Shown in pieces: positions 9,550 to 20,697 of a DNA stretch of 64,000 nt. The stretch is from the NCBI GenBank assembly GCA_036787955.1, contig DAIQOI010000004.1, positions 169,794 to 233,793 of the forward strand, given 5' to 3'. This DNA comes from Cyclobacteriaceae bacterium. GTDB taxonomy: Bacteria > Bacteroidota > Bacteroidia > Cytophagales > Cyclobacteriaceae. Within the stretch, counting starts at the first letter, position 1. Each line of letters starts with the position of its first letter. The translations under genes were made by a program, and so were the position numbers. The notes under the pieces were generated by a model. That model ran no database searches. It saw nothing but the letters and a program-made list of their open reading frames with translations, and was not told where the DNA came from.

Positions 9550-11319
9550 ATGCTACGTACCCATACCTGCGGAGAGTTGCGCCTGGCGCATGTAAACCAA
9601 ACCGTTACCCTTGCCGGCTGGATTCAACGCATACGCGACAAGGGCGGGATATTGTGGATTGACCTGCGCGACCGGTATGGCATAACCCAGCTTGTGCTGG
9701 AAGAGGGCGTAACCAACCAGGCCTTAATCGAAAAAGCCCGCAGCCTGGGTCGGGAGTATGTGATCAGCGCCACCGGAAAAGTATCGGAACGCTTATCCAA
9801 AAACGATAAGCTGCCTACCGGTGATGTAGAAGTGCGCATTACCGCACTGGAATTACTCAACCCCTCCAAGGTACCGCCTTTCACCATTGAAGATGACTCG
9901 GATGGCGGTGATGAATTGCGCATGAAGTACCGTTATCTTGATTTGCGCAGAAACCCCGTACGTCAAAACCTCGAATTGCGCCATCAGATGGCCCGTCAGA
10001 CACGCGCCTATCTGGATGGTTTGAATTTTATAGAAGTAGAAACCCCGGTGCTCATCAAATCCACACCCGAAGGCGCACGCGACTTTGTGGTGCCATCACG
10101 CCTCCATCCGGGCGAATTCTATGCACTGCCGCAGTCACCGCAAACATTCAAGCAGCTGCTTATGGTGTCGGGCTTTGACAGATATTATCAGATTGTGAAA
10201 TGTTTCCGCGATGAAGATTTCCGGGCCGACCGCCAGCCGGAGTTCACCCAAATAGACTGTGAGATGTCGTTTGTTACGCAAGAAGATATTCTCAGCACGT
10301 TCGAAGGGTTGGTGCGGCATCTGTTTAAAACAGTAAAGGGCATTGAACTTCCACCGGTGCCGCGTATGACATACAATGAGGCAATGCGCCTGTACGGAAC
10401 GGATAAACCCGACATCCGCTTTGGGATGAAATTTGTCGAACTGAAAAATGTTTCTGAAGGCATCGACCTGACTACCGGCAAAAACTTTGGCGTATTCGAT
10501 GGTGCGGAACTGGTGGTGGGCATCTGCGCTTCCGGTTGTGCCGATTATTCCCGCAAACAGCTGGATGAACTTACCGAATATGTAAAACGACCACAGGTAG
10601 GGGCAAAAGGTATGGTGTACGTGCAATACAAATCGGATGGATCGTTCAAATCGTCAGTTGATAAATTCTATTCAGCTGACGATCTGAAAAAGTGGGCTGA
10701 ACAATTTGGCGCAAAGCCCGGCGACCTGATGCTGATTCTGGCCGGTGAAAAGCAACCTGCACGCAAGCAACTGAGCGAACTTCGGCTGCTGATGGGCGAT
10801 AAACTGGGGCTGCGCAAAAAAGATCAATTCGCTGCGCTCTGGGTGCTCGACTTTCCCTTGCTGGATTGGGACGATGAAACGCAGCGCTACCACGCTATGC
10901 ACCACCCCTTTACCTCACCCAAAGCCGAAGACCTGCATTTGCTGGAAACCAACCCCGGAAAGGTACGTGCCAACGCCTACGACATGGTGCTGAACGGCAC
11001 GGAAATCGGTGGCGGATCCATCCGCATCCACGACCGGCCCACCCAGCAACGTATGTTTAAACTGCTGGGCTTTACCGATGAAGAAGCAAAAAGGCAGTTC
11101 GGTTTTCTGATGGAAGCCTTTGAGTACGGAGCCCCTCCGCATGGGGGCATCGCTTTCGGCTTTGACCGGTTGTGTGCCCTGTTTGGCGGTTCCGACTCCA
11201 TCCGCGATTTTATTGCCTTTCCGAAAAACAATGCCGGCAGGGATATGATGATTGACACTCCGTCTCCCATATCGGATGAGCAACTGAAAGAATTGCACAT
11301 CCGGATTGACCGTGAATAG
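9550..11319 (+). CDS. aspS: Aspartate--tRNA ligase
   Basis: Class IIb motifs are present ([43 protein letters not shown]) and the length is that of bacterial AspS. Confidence 0.97.
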   Translation: MLRTHTCGELRLAHVNQTVTLAGWIQRIRDKGGILWIDLRDRYGITQLVLEEGVTNQALIEKARSLGREYVISATGKVSERLSKNDKLPTGDVEVRITALELLNPSKVPPFTIEDDSDGGDELRMKYRYLDLRRNPVRQNLELRHQMARQTRAYLDGLNFIEVETPVLIKSTPEGARDFVVPSRLHPGEFYALPQSPQTFKQLLMVSGFDRYYQIVKCFRDEDFRADRQPEFTQIDCEMSFVTQEDILSTFEGLVRHLFKTVKGIELPPVPRMTYNEAMRLYGTDKPDIRFGMKFVELKNVSEGIDLTTGKNFGVFDGAELVVGICASGCADYSRKQLDELTEYVKRPQVGAKGMVYVQYKSDGSFKSSVDKFYSADDLKKWAEQFGAKPGDLMLILAGEKQPARKQLSELRLLMGDKLGLRKKDQFAALWVLDFPLLDWDDETQRYHAMHHPFTSPKAEDLHLLETNPGKVRANAYDMVLNGTEIGGGSIRIHDRPTQQRMFKLLGFTDEEAKRQFGFLMEAFEYGAPPHGGIAFGFDRLCALFGGSDSIRDFIAFPKNNAGRDMMIDTPSPISDEQLKELHIRIDRE

Positions 11320-11327
11320 CAAACATC

Positions 11328-12071
11328 GTGCATAATCGGAAAGATTTTTTTTCAGCAAACGCCCCTGCTTATTCCGCCTTCAGGCCGGAATATCCGGATT
11401 GTCTTTTTGAATTTATCTGCAGCAAAGTGTCCGCACGCGAGCATGCCTGGGACTGCGCCACCGGCAACGGACAGGCAGCACGGACCCTGGCTAAATACTT
11501 TAAAAAAGTGTATGCCACCGACATCAGTGCGGCACAATTACAACACGCGCCACCTGCCGGTAACATTGACTATCGTGTACAGCCTGCAGAAAAAACCAAC
11601 TTCCCCGACCATCATTTTGACCTGATAACCGTAGCGCAGGCACTGCACTGGCTCTACTTACCTGATTTTTACAACGAGGTAGCCCGAACCGCCAGGCACG
11701 GTGCATGGATTGCCACGTGGGGTTACTCGCTCATGACCGTTGCCCCGGAAATAGATAAACTGATTAAAAACTTTTACAAACAGGTGGTCGGACCTTACTG
11801 GGATGAAGCCAGGCGACACGTTGATACCTCCTACCGGAACCTGCCTTTTCCTTTCCGGGAAATTGAAGCACCTCCATTTTACTTACAAACCCAATGGAAC
11901 CTTGAGCAATGCCAGGGTTACCTGAATACTTGGTCGGCCGTTCAACTTTTTATCCGCCAAAACGGATACAACCCAACAGATGCCCTCATGGAAAAATTAT
12001 CTCCGCTTTGGAAGGAAAAGCTCTGCGTAACCTTTCCGGTGTTTATGAGAATGGGCCGTATTATCAAATAA
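11328..12071 (+). CDS. Class I SAM-dependent methyltransferase
   Basis: The N-terminus FSANAPAYSAFRPEYP and the motif DCATGNGQAA (motif I) are present. The start is GTG, 8 nt after aspS. Confidence 0.8.
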   Translation: MHNRKDFFSANAPAYSAFRPEYPDCLFEFICSKVSAREHAWDCATGNGQAARTLAKYFKKVYATDISAAQLQHAPPAGNIDYRVQPAEKTNFPDHHFDLITVAQALHWLYLPDFYNEVARTARHGAWIATWGYSLMTVAPEIDKLIKNFYKQVVGPYWDEARRHVDTSYRNLPFPFREIEAPPFYLQTQWNLEQCQGYLNTWSAVQLFIRQNGYNPTDALMEKLSPLWKEKLCVTFPVFMRMGRIIK

Positions 12072-12081
12072 CCCGATCGGC

Positions 12082-13008
12082 CTACCTGGCAAGTCGCATC
12101 AAATCAGCCTCTGCAGCTATGAAGCCGAAGGCGGCAAAATGCTTGCCGTTTTTCACCTGCTTGAAAATGTCGACTGCTTTGGCCGTATCGCCCTGACACA
12201 AATAGTAGTTGCCCACACCATACCCCTGTGTGGCCATGGCCAGGGCGGCATCTGCTGCCTGTCCCTGAACGGCAAGCACTTCTTCAGGTTTTAGCAAGCC
12301 CTTGTACATTTTCAGTCGTTTGTAATATGCATCGTTCTCTACAACTTTCATGTTGTCATGAATCAGCTCCAAAACCTTTGCAGCCTCATCCCACTTTTTC
12401 ATCCGGCAGTACGTCATATACAGCCAGTCGGCTGTGGCAATAAGCAGATCGTCATTATCCGAAATCTCCAGGCACTGAATGTAAGCTTTCTCAGCGCTTT
12501 CCAGATCGCCTTTCAGATAATGCGCCAGCCCGAGATGGTACCAGATGTTAAACTGAACGGTTGACAAAGGTATGTTGAGTTTATTGGGCTGGCCATCGGG
12601 TTCAATTTCCAGCGGGTAGCGCATGAGCGATGCCGCCATCTGCAGGTCGGCTATGGCTTTATCGAACTGCCGAAGCGTGATATAGCGGTGCCCGCGATGC
12701 CGCAGCAGGCGGTATGAGTCCGGGTACTTCTGCAAGCCCTCGGTAAAAACCTTCACGGCTTCTTCATAGCGCGATAGGTAGGCCAGCCTGCGGCCCAGCC
12801 AGATGTAGTTGGCTTCCGACGGATCGGCTTCAAAATTTTTCTGCGCTACCTGTAGGGCGCTGTCCAGTTTTTGTTTTTCTTTTTCGCTCAGTTCAGGTTC
12901 GTAATACACGGAACCATCCAGGCCCGTAACCGATAGGCGGGGTTGGTTTTCGCGCTGACCTGAGCAGGCAGCCAAAACTACCACGCAGTATAAAACGATG
13001 TTCCTCAT
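12082..13008 (-). CDS. TPR-like lipoprotein (308 aa)
   Basis: There is a lipobox (VVLAAC) followed by TPR-like helical repeats. Confidence 0.7.
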   Translation of the reverse strand: MRNIVLYCVVVLAACSGQRENQPRLSVTGLDGSVYYEPELSEKEKQKLDSALQVAQKNFEADPSEANYIWLGRRLAYLSRYEEAVKVFTEGLQKYPDSYRLLRHRGHRYITLRQFDKAIADLQMAASLMRYPLEIEPDGQPNKLNIPLSTVQFNIWYHLGLAHYLKGDLESAEKAYIQCLEISDNDDLLIATADWLYMTYCRMKKWDEAAKVLELIHDNMKVVENDAYYKRLKMYKGLLKPEEVLAVQGQAADAALAMATQGYGVGNYYLCQGDTAKAVDIFKQVKNGKHFAAFGFIAAEADLMRLAR

Positions 13009-13276
13009 AGACGGCTAAGATACATAAACTACTCCGGCTTTACATGACAAAAGTGATGCGCACCCGCACTTTTACATTTTTCAGCAGATTATTATTGCAT
13101 GCCACCCCATCGGCCAGCTTACCGGCATCCGGTGTGCCTACAACCACTTAGGTAACCTGACCCGCAGGTTCACCTCACTTTCCGCCCAAAAGTTCCGTAG
13201 TGAGCGGACGTGCGCCTGGCAAAAACCACAACTGACAGGCACAGTAAAGTTGTTGTAAAAATTTTCGAATAGGTTT

Positions 13277-13669
13277 TTATCTGGATAAATATTGCTCTGT
13301 GATCTGTTTAAGCGCCTCCAGTTCTTTCTGTTGCATGGCTTCGCGCACGTGCAGCATCAAATCGAACATAACTGCCTGATCGTAGCCCAGCCGTGCAGCA
13401 ACATGTGCACAGTACCTTATCTCTTCCTGATATAACCGTTCATCAATTTTCATCAGTTGCACCAGGCTGACGATGTAGTCAAACTTTTGCTGGTTGTTCA
13501 GATGCTGCAAATCAATATGTTCATGATGTTGCTCAAAAAGCGGAGTAATGTCTTCGGCCGGAATACCGTTGGCCAGGCCAATGGTAGTGATGTACTTCCG
13601 TTCGTGTTCGGCAATCTCTCCATCAATGCGGGCAAGATTAACCAGAAGTTTTAGTTGCGTCAGCGCCAT
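13277..13669 (-). CDS. TerB-like (tellurite-resistance TerB / DjlA N-domain fold) small protein
   Basis: The pattern LARIDGEIAEHERKYI ... LMKIDERLYQEEIRY is the duplicated acidic-helix motif of TerB-family proteins. The functional call is tentative. Confidence 0.55.
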   Translation of the reverse strand: MALTQLKLLVNLARIDGEIAEHERKYITTIGLANGIPAEDITPLFEQHHEHIDLQHLNNQQKFDYIVSLVQLMKIDERLYQEEIRYCAHVAARLGYDQAVMFDLMLHVREAMQQKELEALKQITEQYLSR

Positions 13670-13756
13670 AAATAAAAATTTACTGCCTGAAGATGCGGAA
13701 TTGTAAGCCGATAATCAAACCTTTTTACAGGTTGTTTCTACCGACCGCTTCTGTAA

Positions 13757-14377
13757 ATGTCGTTACTTTGGATCGTGAACTTCCTGGCACATTTATACCT
13801 TTCCGGCAACAACCCGAAGATAATGGTCGGGAATTTCATTGGCGATTTTGTAAAAGGCCGACATGTGTTCGAGCAATATGAATATGAAATTGCTCTGGGC
13901 GTGGAACTGCACCGCGCCATTGATGAATTTACCGACCGGCATCCGTCCTTCAAAGCCAGCAAGGCACGGCTGCAGCCCCGTCATGGCCATTATGCCGGCG
14001 TGGTAGCCGATATTTTCTACGATCATTTCCTGGCAAGGCAATGGAACGACTACCATCCGCAGCTGCTGCCAGACTTCGCGGAGGAGGTTTACCGCCTCAT
14101 GGAACATCACCAGGCCATTCTTCCCCAACGGGTTAAATACATGCTTCCGTTTATGACCAAAGGTAACTGGCTGGCCAATTATGTACGCCTGGACGGCATA
14201 GACCGCGCACTGAGGGGAATGGCAAGACGAACCGCCCATGCCTCAAACATGGAGTATGCTATCGAAGAACTGAGCAGTTCATATGAATTGTTTCTGGAGG
14301 AGTTCAATCGTTTTTTCCCCGATGCAAGGCAGCATGTTCAACACTGGCTGCAAAAACGGAACTTCGGCTTGCATTGA
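13757..14377 (+). CDS. acpH: Acyl carrier protein phosphodiesterase (AcpH family)
   Basis: NFLAHLYLSG ... GNFIGDFVKG near the N-terminus is the AcpH signature. The true start may be GTG 13775, which gives VNFLAHLYLS. Confidence 0.7.
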   Translation: MSLLWIVNFLAHLYLSGNNPKIMVGNFIGDFVKGRHVFEQYEYEIALGVELHRAIDEFTDRHPSFKASKARLQPRHGHYAGVVADIFYDHFLARQWNDYHPQLLPDFAEEVYRLMEHHQAILPQRVKYMLPFMTKGNWLANYVRLDGIDRALRGMARRTAHASNMEYAIEELSSSYELFLEEFNRFFPDARQHVQHWLQKRNFGLH

Positions 14378-14427
14378 ACAAAAGCGCTGAAGAGAAGATC
14401 ACCGGAAAACATACCAAGGTCGTGCAT

Positions 14428-14868
14428 TTACCTGTTCAGTAGTACCGTCATTTCTTTCGTGCCGCTCACCATAAACCTGGCCGCCTCAAAATCGGGCGGG
14501 CCAAATCTGCCACGTGCATTATTGGAAAAACCCCAGGGTTCGCGTGGAATGCCAAAAAGGTTGGTATCCAGCACACCATTGTCGTTCACATCCTGAAAAA
14601 TACTGAACGCATATTCCCCGGCAGGCAGGTTATCAAATAGGATGGTTACAGTGGTACCGGTAACTTTTACCTGGCGAATCTGATAGTGTTCTTTCATAAA
14701 CAGGTCGGCACGATTGTACAACGCCACATCTTTTACAGTTATCTCCAGCCGTCCCTGCGCCAAAATATTATTGTTTGTCAAACAAAGTAAAATCAAAAGA
14801 CCACCTAAAAAAGGTGAGCAACCGTTTGTAAAACATATTCCGGCCAATTTTACAAAGCCTGGCCTCAT
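14428..14868 (-). CDS. DUF2141 domain protein (secreted, Ig-like fold family)
   Basis: The C-terminal [27 protein letters not shown] motif is present. I trimmed the 239-aa track ORF to ATG 14868 ([10 protein letters not shown]...) because the longer form overlaps the divergent 2Fe-2S gene. Confidence 0.7.
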   Translation of the reverse strand: MRPGFVKLAGICFTNGCSPFLGGLLILLCLTNNNILAQGRLEITVKDVALYNRADLFMKEHYQIRQVKVTGTTVTILFDNLPAGEYAFSIFQDVNDNGVLDTNLFGIPREPWGFSNNARGRFGPPDFEAARFMVSGTKEMTVLLNR

Positions 14869-14934
14869 TCCTGTATTTTCTTTAACCATTATGCGGGTAA
14901 ATTCGTACCTTTCAATCACCTCTCCCCTACTCTT

Positions 14935-15414
14935 ATGGCACAATTTAATCTGAACATCAACAACCGTACCTATTCCGTTGAAGCCGATCCGCGTATGCCG
15001 CTGTTGTGGGTAATACGCGACCTGGTCGGATTGACCGGCACGAAATACGGTTGCGGTATAGCACAATGCGGTGCATGCACCATACATCTTAATGGAAACC
15101 CGGTGCGTTCGTGTTCCATCCCTGTGGCGGCTGCCAACAACCAGCAAATTCTCACCATCGAAGGTTTGTCATCCGACCTAACCCACCCCGTGCAGCAAGC
15201 CTGGATTGCAGAACAAGTACCGCAATGCGGCTATTGCCAGTCAGGACAAATCATGGCTGCTGTGCACTTGCTTAGCAAAAACACCAACCCGACTGATGCC
15301 GATATCGACCGCGCCCTGCAGGGGCACATCTGCCGGTGCGGTACCTATCCGCGTATCCGCAAAGCCATCAAAACGGCAGCACAGCTTATACAGCAAAAAA
15401 GTTCGGCCAAATAA
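14935..15414 (+). CDS. [2Fe-2S]-binding small subunit of a molybdenum hydroxylase (IorA/aldehyde oxidoreductase type), copy 1
   Basis: The two cluster motifs are present: [16 protein letters not shown] and [10 protein letters not shown]...CRCGTY. Confidence 0.9.
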   Translation: MAQFNLNINNRTYSVEADPRMPLLWVIRDLVGLTGTKYGCGIAQCGACTIHLNGNPVRSCSIPVAAANNQQILTIEGLSSDLTHPVQQAWIAEQVPQCGYCQSGQIMAAVHLLSKNTNPTDADIDRALQGHICRCGTYPRIRKAIKTAAQLIQQKSSAK

Positions 15415-15426
15415 AAATCCCCTGCC

Positions 15427-17586
15427 ATGAAAACGACATCCTTATCCCGAAGGGAATTTATCAGACTCAGCAGCTTGACCGGAGCAGCTTTGGCCCTGGG
15501 TTATTACATTCCGGCAACTGGCAAAGCGGCCTCTGTTATTACAGTTGATGCAGCCGAAAACCTCGGTATTGAACTGAATGCTTTTATTTTCATTGACTCA
15601 ACCGGTAAGATCACCCTGCTCAACCACCGTTCCGAAATGGGCCAGGGATCATTTCAGGTGGTGCCGCAGATGATTGCCGAAGAACTGGAGGTGAACCTGC
15701 ACGACATCAATGTAACCTTTGCACCAGGCAGCCAAACCAAATACGGCAGCCAGCTTACCGGCGGAAGCTCAACCGTGCGGGGTGCGTACAAGCACCTGAT
15801 GCGCCTGGGCGCCACAGCACGTGAAATGCTGATAGAAGCCGCTGCCCGCAGATGGCAAGTAAACAAAACAGAATGTTATGCCGAAAACGCCACGGTCATT
15901 CACCGTACCACCGGCAAAAAATTAACCTATGGCGAACTGGCCGCTGATGCTGCAAGAATCTCACCCCCCAAAGAGGTAAAACTGAAAAGCCGCAGCGAGT
16001 ACAAAATCATCGGCAAGCCGCTGCCCCGTAAAGATACACCCCTGAAAATCAATGGTACCGCCCAGTTCGGGTTGGATAAAAAACTTCCGGGCATGCTGTA
16101 TGCTGCCGTTGAACGCAACCCCCGCTTCCTGGGTAAAGTTAAAAGTTTTGACGACAGCGCCACCCGAAAAATACCGGGTGTAAAACACGTATTCAAAGTG
16201 CAGATGGATGTTTTCTCGCACAAACGCGAAGGTGTGGCTGTTGTAGCAGACACCCTGTGGGCTGCCCTGGAAGGAAAGAAGGCACTGCGCGTAGAGTGGG
16301 ATGACAGCGGCTTTCCGCACCACAGCACAGACGATCTTTTTACCCTCATGCGCAACAGCCTGAGCCAATCGGGCTTAACCCAGCGCTCGGCAGGTAATTT
16401 TGAAAATTACTACAACAAGGCGGCACAAAAAGTGGAAGCCCTTTACGAAACCCCCTATCAGGCCCACGCCTGCATGGAGCCACTTACCTGCACGGCGCAT
16501 TTCAGGGGCGATAGTTGCGAAATATGGGGGCCCATTCAGGCTCCCGATTGGATTCAGAGCGACATCGCCACGAAGTTTAATCTCAAACCGGAAAACGTAA
16601 CCGTCAACATGACTTTCCTGGGGGGTGGTTTCGGCCGCAAGGCGTTTACCGATTACACCTACGAGTCGGTTGTTATTTCCAAAGAAATAAATGCACCCGT
16701 GCAGGTAATATGGGCCCGCGAAGACGATATGACACAGGGACCTTTTCGTCCGGGTGCCGTTTACCAATGCAGGGCTGGCTTAAATGCCCAGGGACGTATC
16801 CAGGCTTTCGAAGTCAAAATGGCTGCACAGAACCTCAACCATCAGTGGCCTGGTGCCGACAAGGAATCGTACAACGATAGCACAACCGAGGGTTTTCTGG
16901 AACCGTACTTCGAGTCCATACCGCACTACCGCTTTGCCGACCTGCCTCTTTCATCGCCCGTGCCGGTAATGTGGTGGCGCAGTGTGTATTCATCCACCAA
17001 TGCTTTTGCATTCGAAAGTTTTCTGGATGAGCTGGCCCTCGCTTCGGGCAAAGACCCGCTCACCTTCCGCCGCCAGCACCTGGGGCATGAACGCTATCAG
17101 TTGCTCATCGATAAACTGGAAGAAGTAAGCGGCTGGAAACAACGCGGAAAGAATGCCGGCTACGGAACGGCCGTTACGGAATGCTTCCGGAGCATCGTAG
17201 GGCAGGTAGTAAAAGTATCGCGCAAAGCTGATGGTAAAGTGAAGATCGATAAGGTATGGGCGGTGATAGATTGCGGCTGGTATGTTAACCCTGATATTAT
17301 CAGGGCGCAGGTAGAGGGCAGCATTGTAATGGCGCTGGGTGCAGCAACCAAACACGCTATGGAGTTTAAAGACGGAAAAGCTGCGCTGCGCAATTACGAT
17401 GCCTATAAAATGCCCCGCATACACGAAATACCCGAAATTGAAGTGCACATCATGGAGAATGATGAACGCCCGGGTGGTGTAGGTGAGCCTGGCCTGCCGC
17501 CTTTTGCCCCCGCACTAACCAACGCCATCTTTGACCTGACCGGTAAACGCATCCGCAAATTGCCGTTTCAACTGGATGAGATTTAA
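15427..17586 (+). CDS. Molybdopterin-binding large subunit (IorB / membrane-bound aldehyde dehydrogenase type) with a Tat signal, copy 1
   Basis: There is a twin-arginine leader (SRREFIRLSSLTGAALALG). The size is 719 aa, and the C-terminal GVGEPGLPPFAPALTNAIF motif is typical of the xanthine dehydrogenase family. Confidence 0.9.
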   Translation: MKTTSLSRREFIRLSSLTGAALALGYYIPATGKAASVITVDAAENLGIELNAFIFIDSTGKITLLNHRSEMGQGSFQVVPQMIAEELEVNLHDINVTFAPGSQTKYGSQLTGGSSTVRGAYKHLMRLGATAREMLIEAAARRWQVNKTECYAENATVIHRTTGKKLTYGELAADAARISPPKEVKLKSRSEYKIIGKPLPRKDTPLKINGTAQFGLDKKLPGMLYAAVERNPRFLGKVKSFDDSATRKIPGVKHVFKVQMDVFSHKREGVAVVADTLWAALEGKKALRVEWDDSGFPHHSTDDLFTLMRNSLSQSGLTQRSAGNFENYYNKAAQKVEALYETPYQAHACMEPLTCTAHFRGDSCEIWGPIQAPDWIQSDIATKFNLKPENVTVNMTFLGGGFGRKAFTDYTYESVVISKEINAPVQVIWAREDDMTQGPFRPGAVYQCRAGLNAQGRIQAFEVKMAAQNLNHQWPGADKESYNDSTTEGFLEPYFESIPHYRFADLPLSSPVPVMWWRSVYSSTNAFAFESFLDELALASGKDPLTFRRQHLGHERYQLLIDKLEEVSGWKQRGKNAGYGTAVTECFRSIVGQVVKVSRKADGKVKIDKVWAVIDCGWYVNPDIIRAQVEGSIVMALGAATKHAMEFKDGKAALRNYDAYKMPRIHEIPEIEVHIMENDERPGGVGEPGLPPFAPALTNAIFDLTGKRIRKLPFQLDEI

Positions 17587-17613
17587 CCCCTAAACTTTTT
17601 AAGCAGACTGGAT

Positions 17614-18018
17614 ATGATATACAAAACTCTTTTTCCGATTGCATGCACCGCTGTATTGCTTTTCTCCTTTCAGCAGAAAAAACCTTATGACCTGAAAGCC
17701 AGCATGGCGCGGGGCGAACAACTGTACATCAGCTACTGCCTGTCGTGCCACTTGGATCAGGGCCAGGGTATTGAGGGCGTTTATCCGCCCTTAGCCAAGT
17801 CCGATTACCTGATGGCCGACAAAAAGCGAAGCATTCAGCAAATATTGTACGGAGTGAGTGGAGAAATAAAAGTGAACGGTAAAACCTACAACCTGGAAAT
17901 GACTGGTTTTGATCTAACCGATGAAGAGACTGCCGATGTATTGAACTACATCCGCAACTCATGGGGCAACAAGGGAGCGGTGGTTGCACCGGAAGAGGTG
18001 CGAGCCGCCAGAAAATAA
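17614..18018 (+). CDS. Monoheme c-type cytochrome (class I)
   Basis: There is a signal peptide, a single CLSCH haem-binding motif and a distal Met region (LEMTGF). Confidence 0.85.
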   Translation: MIYKTLFPIACTAVLLFSFQQKKPYDLKASMARGEQLYISYCLSCHLDQGQGIEGVYPPLAKSDYLMADKKRSIQQILYGVSGEIKVNGKTYNLEMTGFDLTDEETADVLNYIRNSWGNKGAVVAPEEVRAARK

Positions 18019-18055
18019 ACCGGAAACAACCAACAACAATTAAATAACTTCAGGT

Positions 18056-18520
18056 ATGGCAACCTACACTCTTCACATCAATAACCAAAACTACAACGTA
18101 GATGTAGAACCTGACACACCGTTACTTTGGGTTTTACGCGATGAATTAAATCTTACCGGCACCAAATATGGTTGCGGTGTGGCACAGTGTGGTGCCTGCA
18201 CGGTACACCTGAACGGCAACCCGGTGCGTTCCTGCACACTACCGGTTTCTGCGGTCAAAGGAAAAATCACCACCATTGAAGGGCTTTCCCAAACAGGCGA
18301 ACACCCTGTACAGCAAGCCTGGGTGGAGCTTGATGTAGCACAGTGCGGCTACTGCCAGGCCGGCCAGATCATGTCGGCCGCTGCCCTGCTGGCACGCAAA
18401 CCCAATCCAACCGATGCCGACATTGACACCGCAATGGCAGGCAATATCTGCCGGTGCGGAACTTACAAGCGGATACGCAAAGCCATACACCTTGCTGCAA
18501 CGAAAGGAGGTACAAAATGA
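18056..18520 (+). CDS. [2Fe-2S]-binding small subunit of a molybdenum hydroxylase, copy 2
   Basis: It is a paralogue of 14935..15414, with the same Cys motifs and roughly two-thirds identity by eye. Confidence 0.9.
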   Translation: MATYTLHINNQNYNVDVEPDTPLLWVLRDELNLTGTKYGCGVAQCGACTVHLNGNPVRSCTLPVSAVKGKITTIEGLSQTGEHPVQQAWVELDVAQCGYCQAGQIMSAAALLARKPNPTDADIDTAMAGNICRCGTYKRIRKAIHLAATKGGTK

Positions 18521-20631
18521 AAACCACAGTAACACGCAGGGATTTCCTGAAAGTAAGCACACTGGCCGGTGGAGGTATGTTGCTGAGCTTTCAGACCAAC
18601 GCCCTCTCATCTTTGCTCGAAACAGAAACGGAATTGTTTCAACCCAATGCCTTTCTGTCCATTTCACCCGATGGCCTTGTAACCCTCATGGCTCCCAACC
18701 CCGAGGTGGGCCAGGGTGTAAAAACTTCATTACCCATGCTGGTGGCAGAAGAACTGGATGCCGACTGGACGAGCGTGCGCGTGGAACAGGCCGGGTTGGA
18801 TACCAAAAACTACCAGCGACAGGTTGCCGGTGGCAGTGGCTCGGTGCGCAGCAGTTGGGAATCATTTCGCAAGGCAGGAGCCACCGCGCGACAGATGTTG
18901 GTTGAAGCTGCCGCACAAAAATGGAATGTCCCTGCCAGTGAGTGCTTTACGGAAAAAGGATTTGTCATCCATAAACCAACCGGACGCACATTAAACTACG
19001 GTGCGCTGGCAACGGCCGCTTCAAAAATTGAAATCCCCAAAGAGGTAAAACTCAAAGAGCCGAAAGATTACAAAATCATCGGTCAGCGGATCGTCAATGT
19101 CGATGCCCGGAAAATCGTTACCGGTAAAATGCCCTTTGGCATCGATACCCGCCGCGAAGGCATGCTCACGGCCATGGTGGCCCGACCGGCATTCGGGAAA
19201 AAACTGAAATCGGTCGATGACAGCCGGGCACGGCAGGTGAAGGGCGTGCAACAGGTAATAGTGTTCGATAACAAGGTAGCCGTACTGGCCACTTCTACCT
19301 GGGCTGCCAAAAAAGGACGCGATGCGCTGCGCATTGAATGGGAAGATGACGGAAAACCCGAAAGCACCAGCAACTATAACGCAGCCATTGCGGCATTTCT
19401 CGATAAAACCACGAACGAACCCAAACGCAACGATGGCAATGTGGAAGAAGCACGCAAGCAGGCTGACAAAATACTGGAAAGCATTTTCTATGCGCCCTTC
19501 CTGCCCCATGCACCGCTGGAACCGATGAATTTCTTTGCTGACGTGCGCGAAGACAGGGCTGAATTGTTTGGCCCTACACAAACCCCGGCACGTACCCGCA
19601 CCGAAGTTGCACGCCTGCTCAACCTGCCGGAAGAAAAAATTTCAGTTGGTCTCTCGCGCATGGGCGGAGGCTTTGGCCGCAGATTACAGGCCGACTATTC
19701 GGTGGAAGCAGCGCAGATTTCCAAACTGGCCAAAAGCCCCGTGCTGGTTGTGTGGACACGCGAAGACGACATGCAGGGAGGATATTACCGCCCCGCAGGC
19801 ATGTACCGCTACCGTGCATCCATCAAGAACAACCAGCTTACCGGCTGGCACCTTATTGCCGCAGCCGCCAACTCGCCCAACGCTTCGCGCGAAAACAACT
19901 TTCCGGCTGGTGCCGTGCCCAACTTCCGCGTAGACAGCCACAACTACCAGACTGCCATAACGGTTGGACCGTGGCGAGCACCCAATCATAACTTCATTGC
20001 CTTTACTGAAGAAAGTTTTATTGATGAAATTGCCCTGGAGTTAGGCAAAGACCCCGTTGCTTTCAGGCTCGAACTACTGGAGCGCGCCAAAAGCCAACCA
20101 ACAGGCACCGTTGCCTATGAACCCGACAGGTATATGGCCGTTGTGAAACGCGCAGCCGAGATGGGCAACTGGGGCAGGCAGGGTGAAAAAGGAATTTTCA
20201 AAGGCTTTGGTGCTCATTTCTCTTTTGGCACCTATGTGGCTCAGGTAGCCGATATCTCCATTGTCAACGGAAAAGTTAAAGTGCATAAGGTGTATTGTGC
20301 CGTAGATTGCGGCCGCGTTATCAATTTAAGTGGTGCAGAAACCCAGATAGAAGGAGGTATTATTGACGGCCTGGGCCATATGCTCTATGGCGAAATCACC
20401 TTCAAAAACGGTGAAGTGGAACAAAAGAATTTCAACACCTACCGTTTAATCCGCATACCCGATGCGCCGGAAATAGAAGTGCAGTTTATCAACACCGGTG
20501 CCGAACCGCAGGGCCTGGGCGAGCCGGGCCTGCCCCCGATCGGAGCAGCGGTTGCCAACGCCATATTTGCTGCAACAGGTAAGCGCATCCGCAGGCTACC
20601 GGTTGGAGATTTATCTGAAAACAGATTGTAG
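18517..20631 (+). CDS. Molybdopterin-binding large subunit with a Tat signal, copy 2
   Basis: I chose ATG 18517, which overlaps the upstream stop (ATGA), giving [20 protein letters not shown]. The C-terminal [19 protein letters not shown] motif is present. The track ORF start at 18454 is an upstream extension. Confidence 0.9.
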   Translation: MKTTVTRRDFLKVSTLAGGGMLLSFQTNALSSLLETETELFQPNAFLSISPDGLVTLMAPNPEVGQGVKTSLPMLVAEELDADWTSVRVEQAGLDTKNYQRQVAGGSGSVRSSWESFRKAGATARQMLVEAAAQKWNVPASECFTEKGFVIHKPTGRTLNYGALATAASKIEIPKEVKLKEPKDYKIIGQRIVNVDARKIVTGKMPFGIDTRREGMLTAMVARPAFGKKLKSVDDSRARQVKGVQQVIVFDNKVAVLATSTWAAKKGRDALRIEWEDDGKPESTSNYNAAIAAFLDKTTNEPKRNDGNVEEARKQADKILESIFYAPFLPHAPLEPMNFFADVREDRAELFGPTQTPARTRTEVARLLNLPEEKISVGLSRMGGGFGRRLQADYSVEAAQISKLAKSPVLVVWTREDDMQGGYYRPAGMYRYRASIKNNQLTGWHLIAAAANSPNASRENNFPAGAVPNFRVDSHNYQTAITVGPWRAPNHNFIAFTEESFIDEIALELGKDPVAFRLELLERAKSQPTGTVAYEPDRYMAVVKRAAEMGNWGRQGEKGIFKGFGAHFSFGTYVAQVADISIVNGKVKVHKVYCAVDCGRVINLSGAETQIEGGIIDGLGHMLYGEITFKNGEVEQKNFNTYRLIRIPDAPEIEVQFINTGAEPQGLGEPGLPPIGAAVANAIFAATGKRIRRLPVGDLSENRL

Positions 20632-20660
20632 ATTAAGTTGCAGGGAAAGGAAACCTACCC

Positions 20661-20697
20661 AGCCCTTTCGCAAGCTGAGCGAAAGGGCTTTCTGTTT
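20661..20697 (+). terminator. Intrinsic terminator after the second molybdenum-hydroxylase pair
   Basis: A perfect 11-bp stem (AGCCCTTTCGC / GCGAAAGGGCT) has a 7-nt loop and is followed by TTCTGTTT. It starts 30 nt after the stop at 20631. Confidence 0.75.

Noticed and set aside
13044-13157. A 37-codon ATG ORF in the 268-nt spacer.
   Set aside because: It has no supporting signal or motif and an unremarkable composition. I kept it only as a note under the spacer finding.
14869-14934. A possible Moco riboswitch upstream of the Mo-enzyme genes (also considered for 22250-22312).
   Set aside because: The spacers are about 65 nt, too short for the Moco RNA motif, and show no extended conserved stem architecture.
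14869-15147. The N-terminal 93 codons of the 239-aa track ORF 14428..15147.
   Set aside because: This extension overlaps the divergent 2Fe-2S subunit gene and precedes the signal-peptide-like start. I trimmed the gene to ATG 14868.
18454-18516. An upstream extension of the second Mo large-subunit ORF.
   Set aside because: The Tat leader begins at ATG 18517, which overlaps the upstream stop. The extension lies inside the small-subunit gene.
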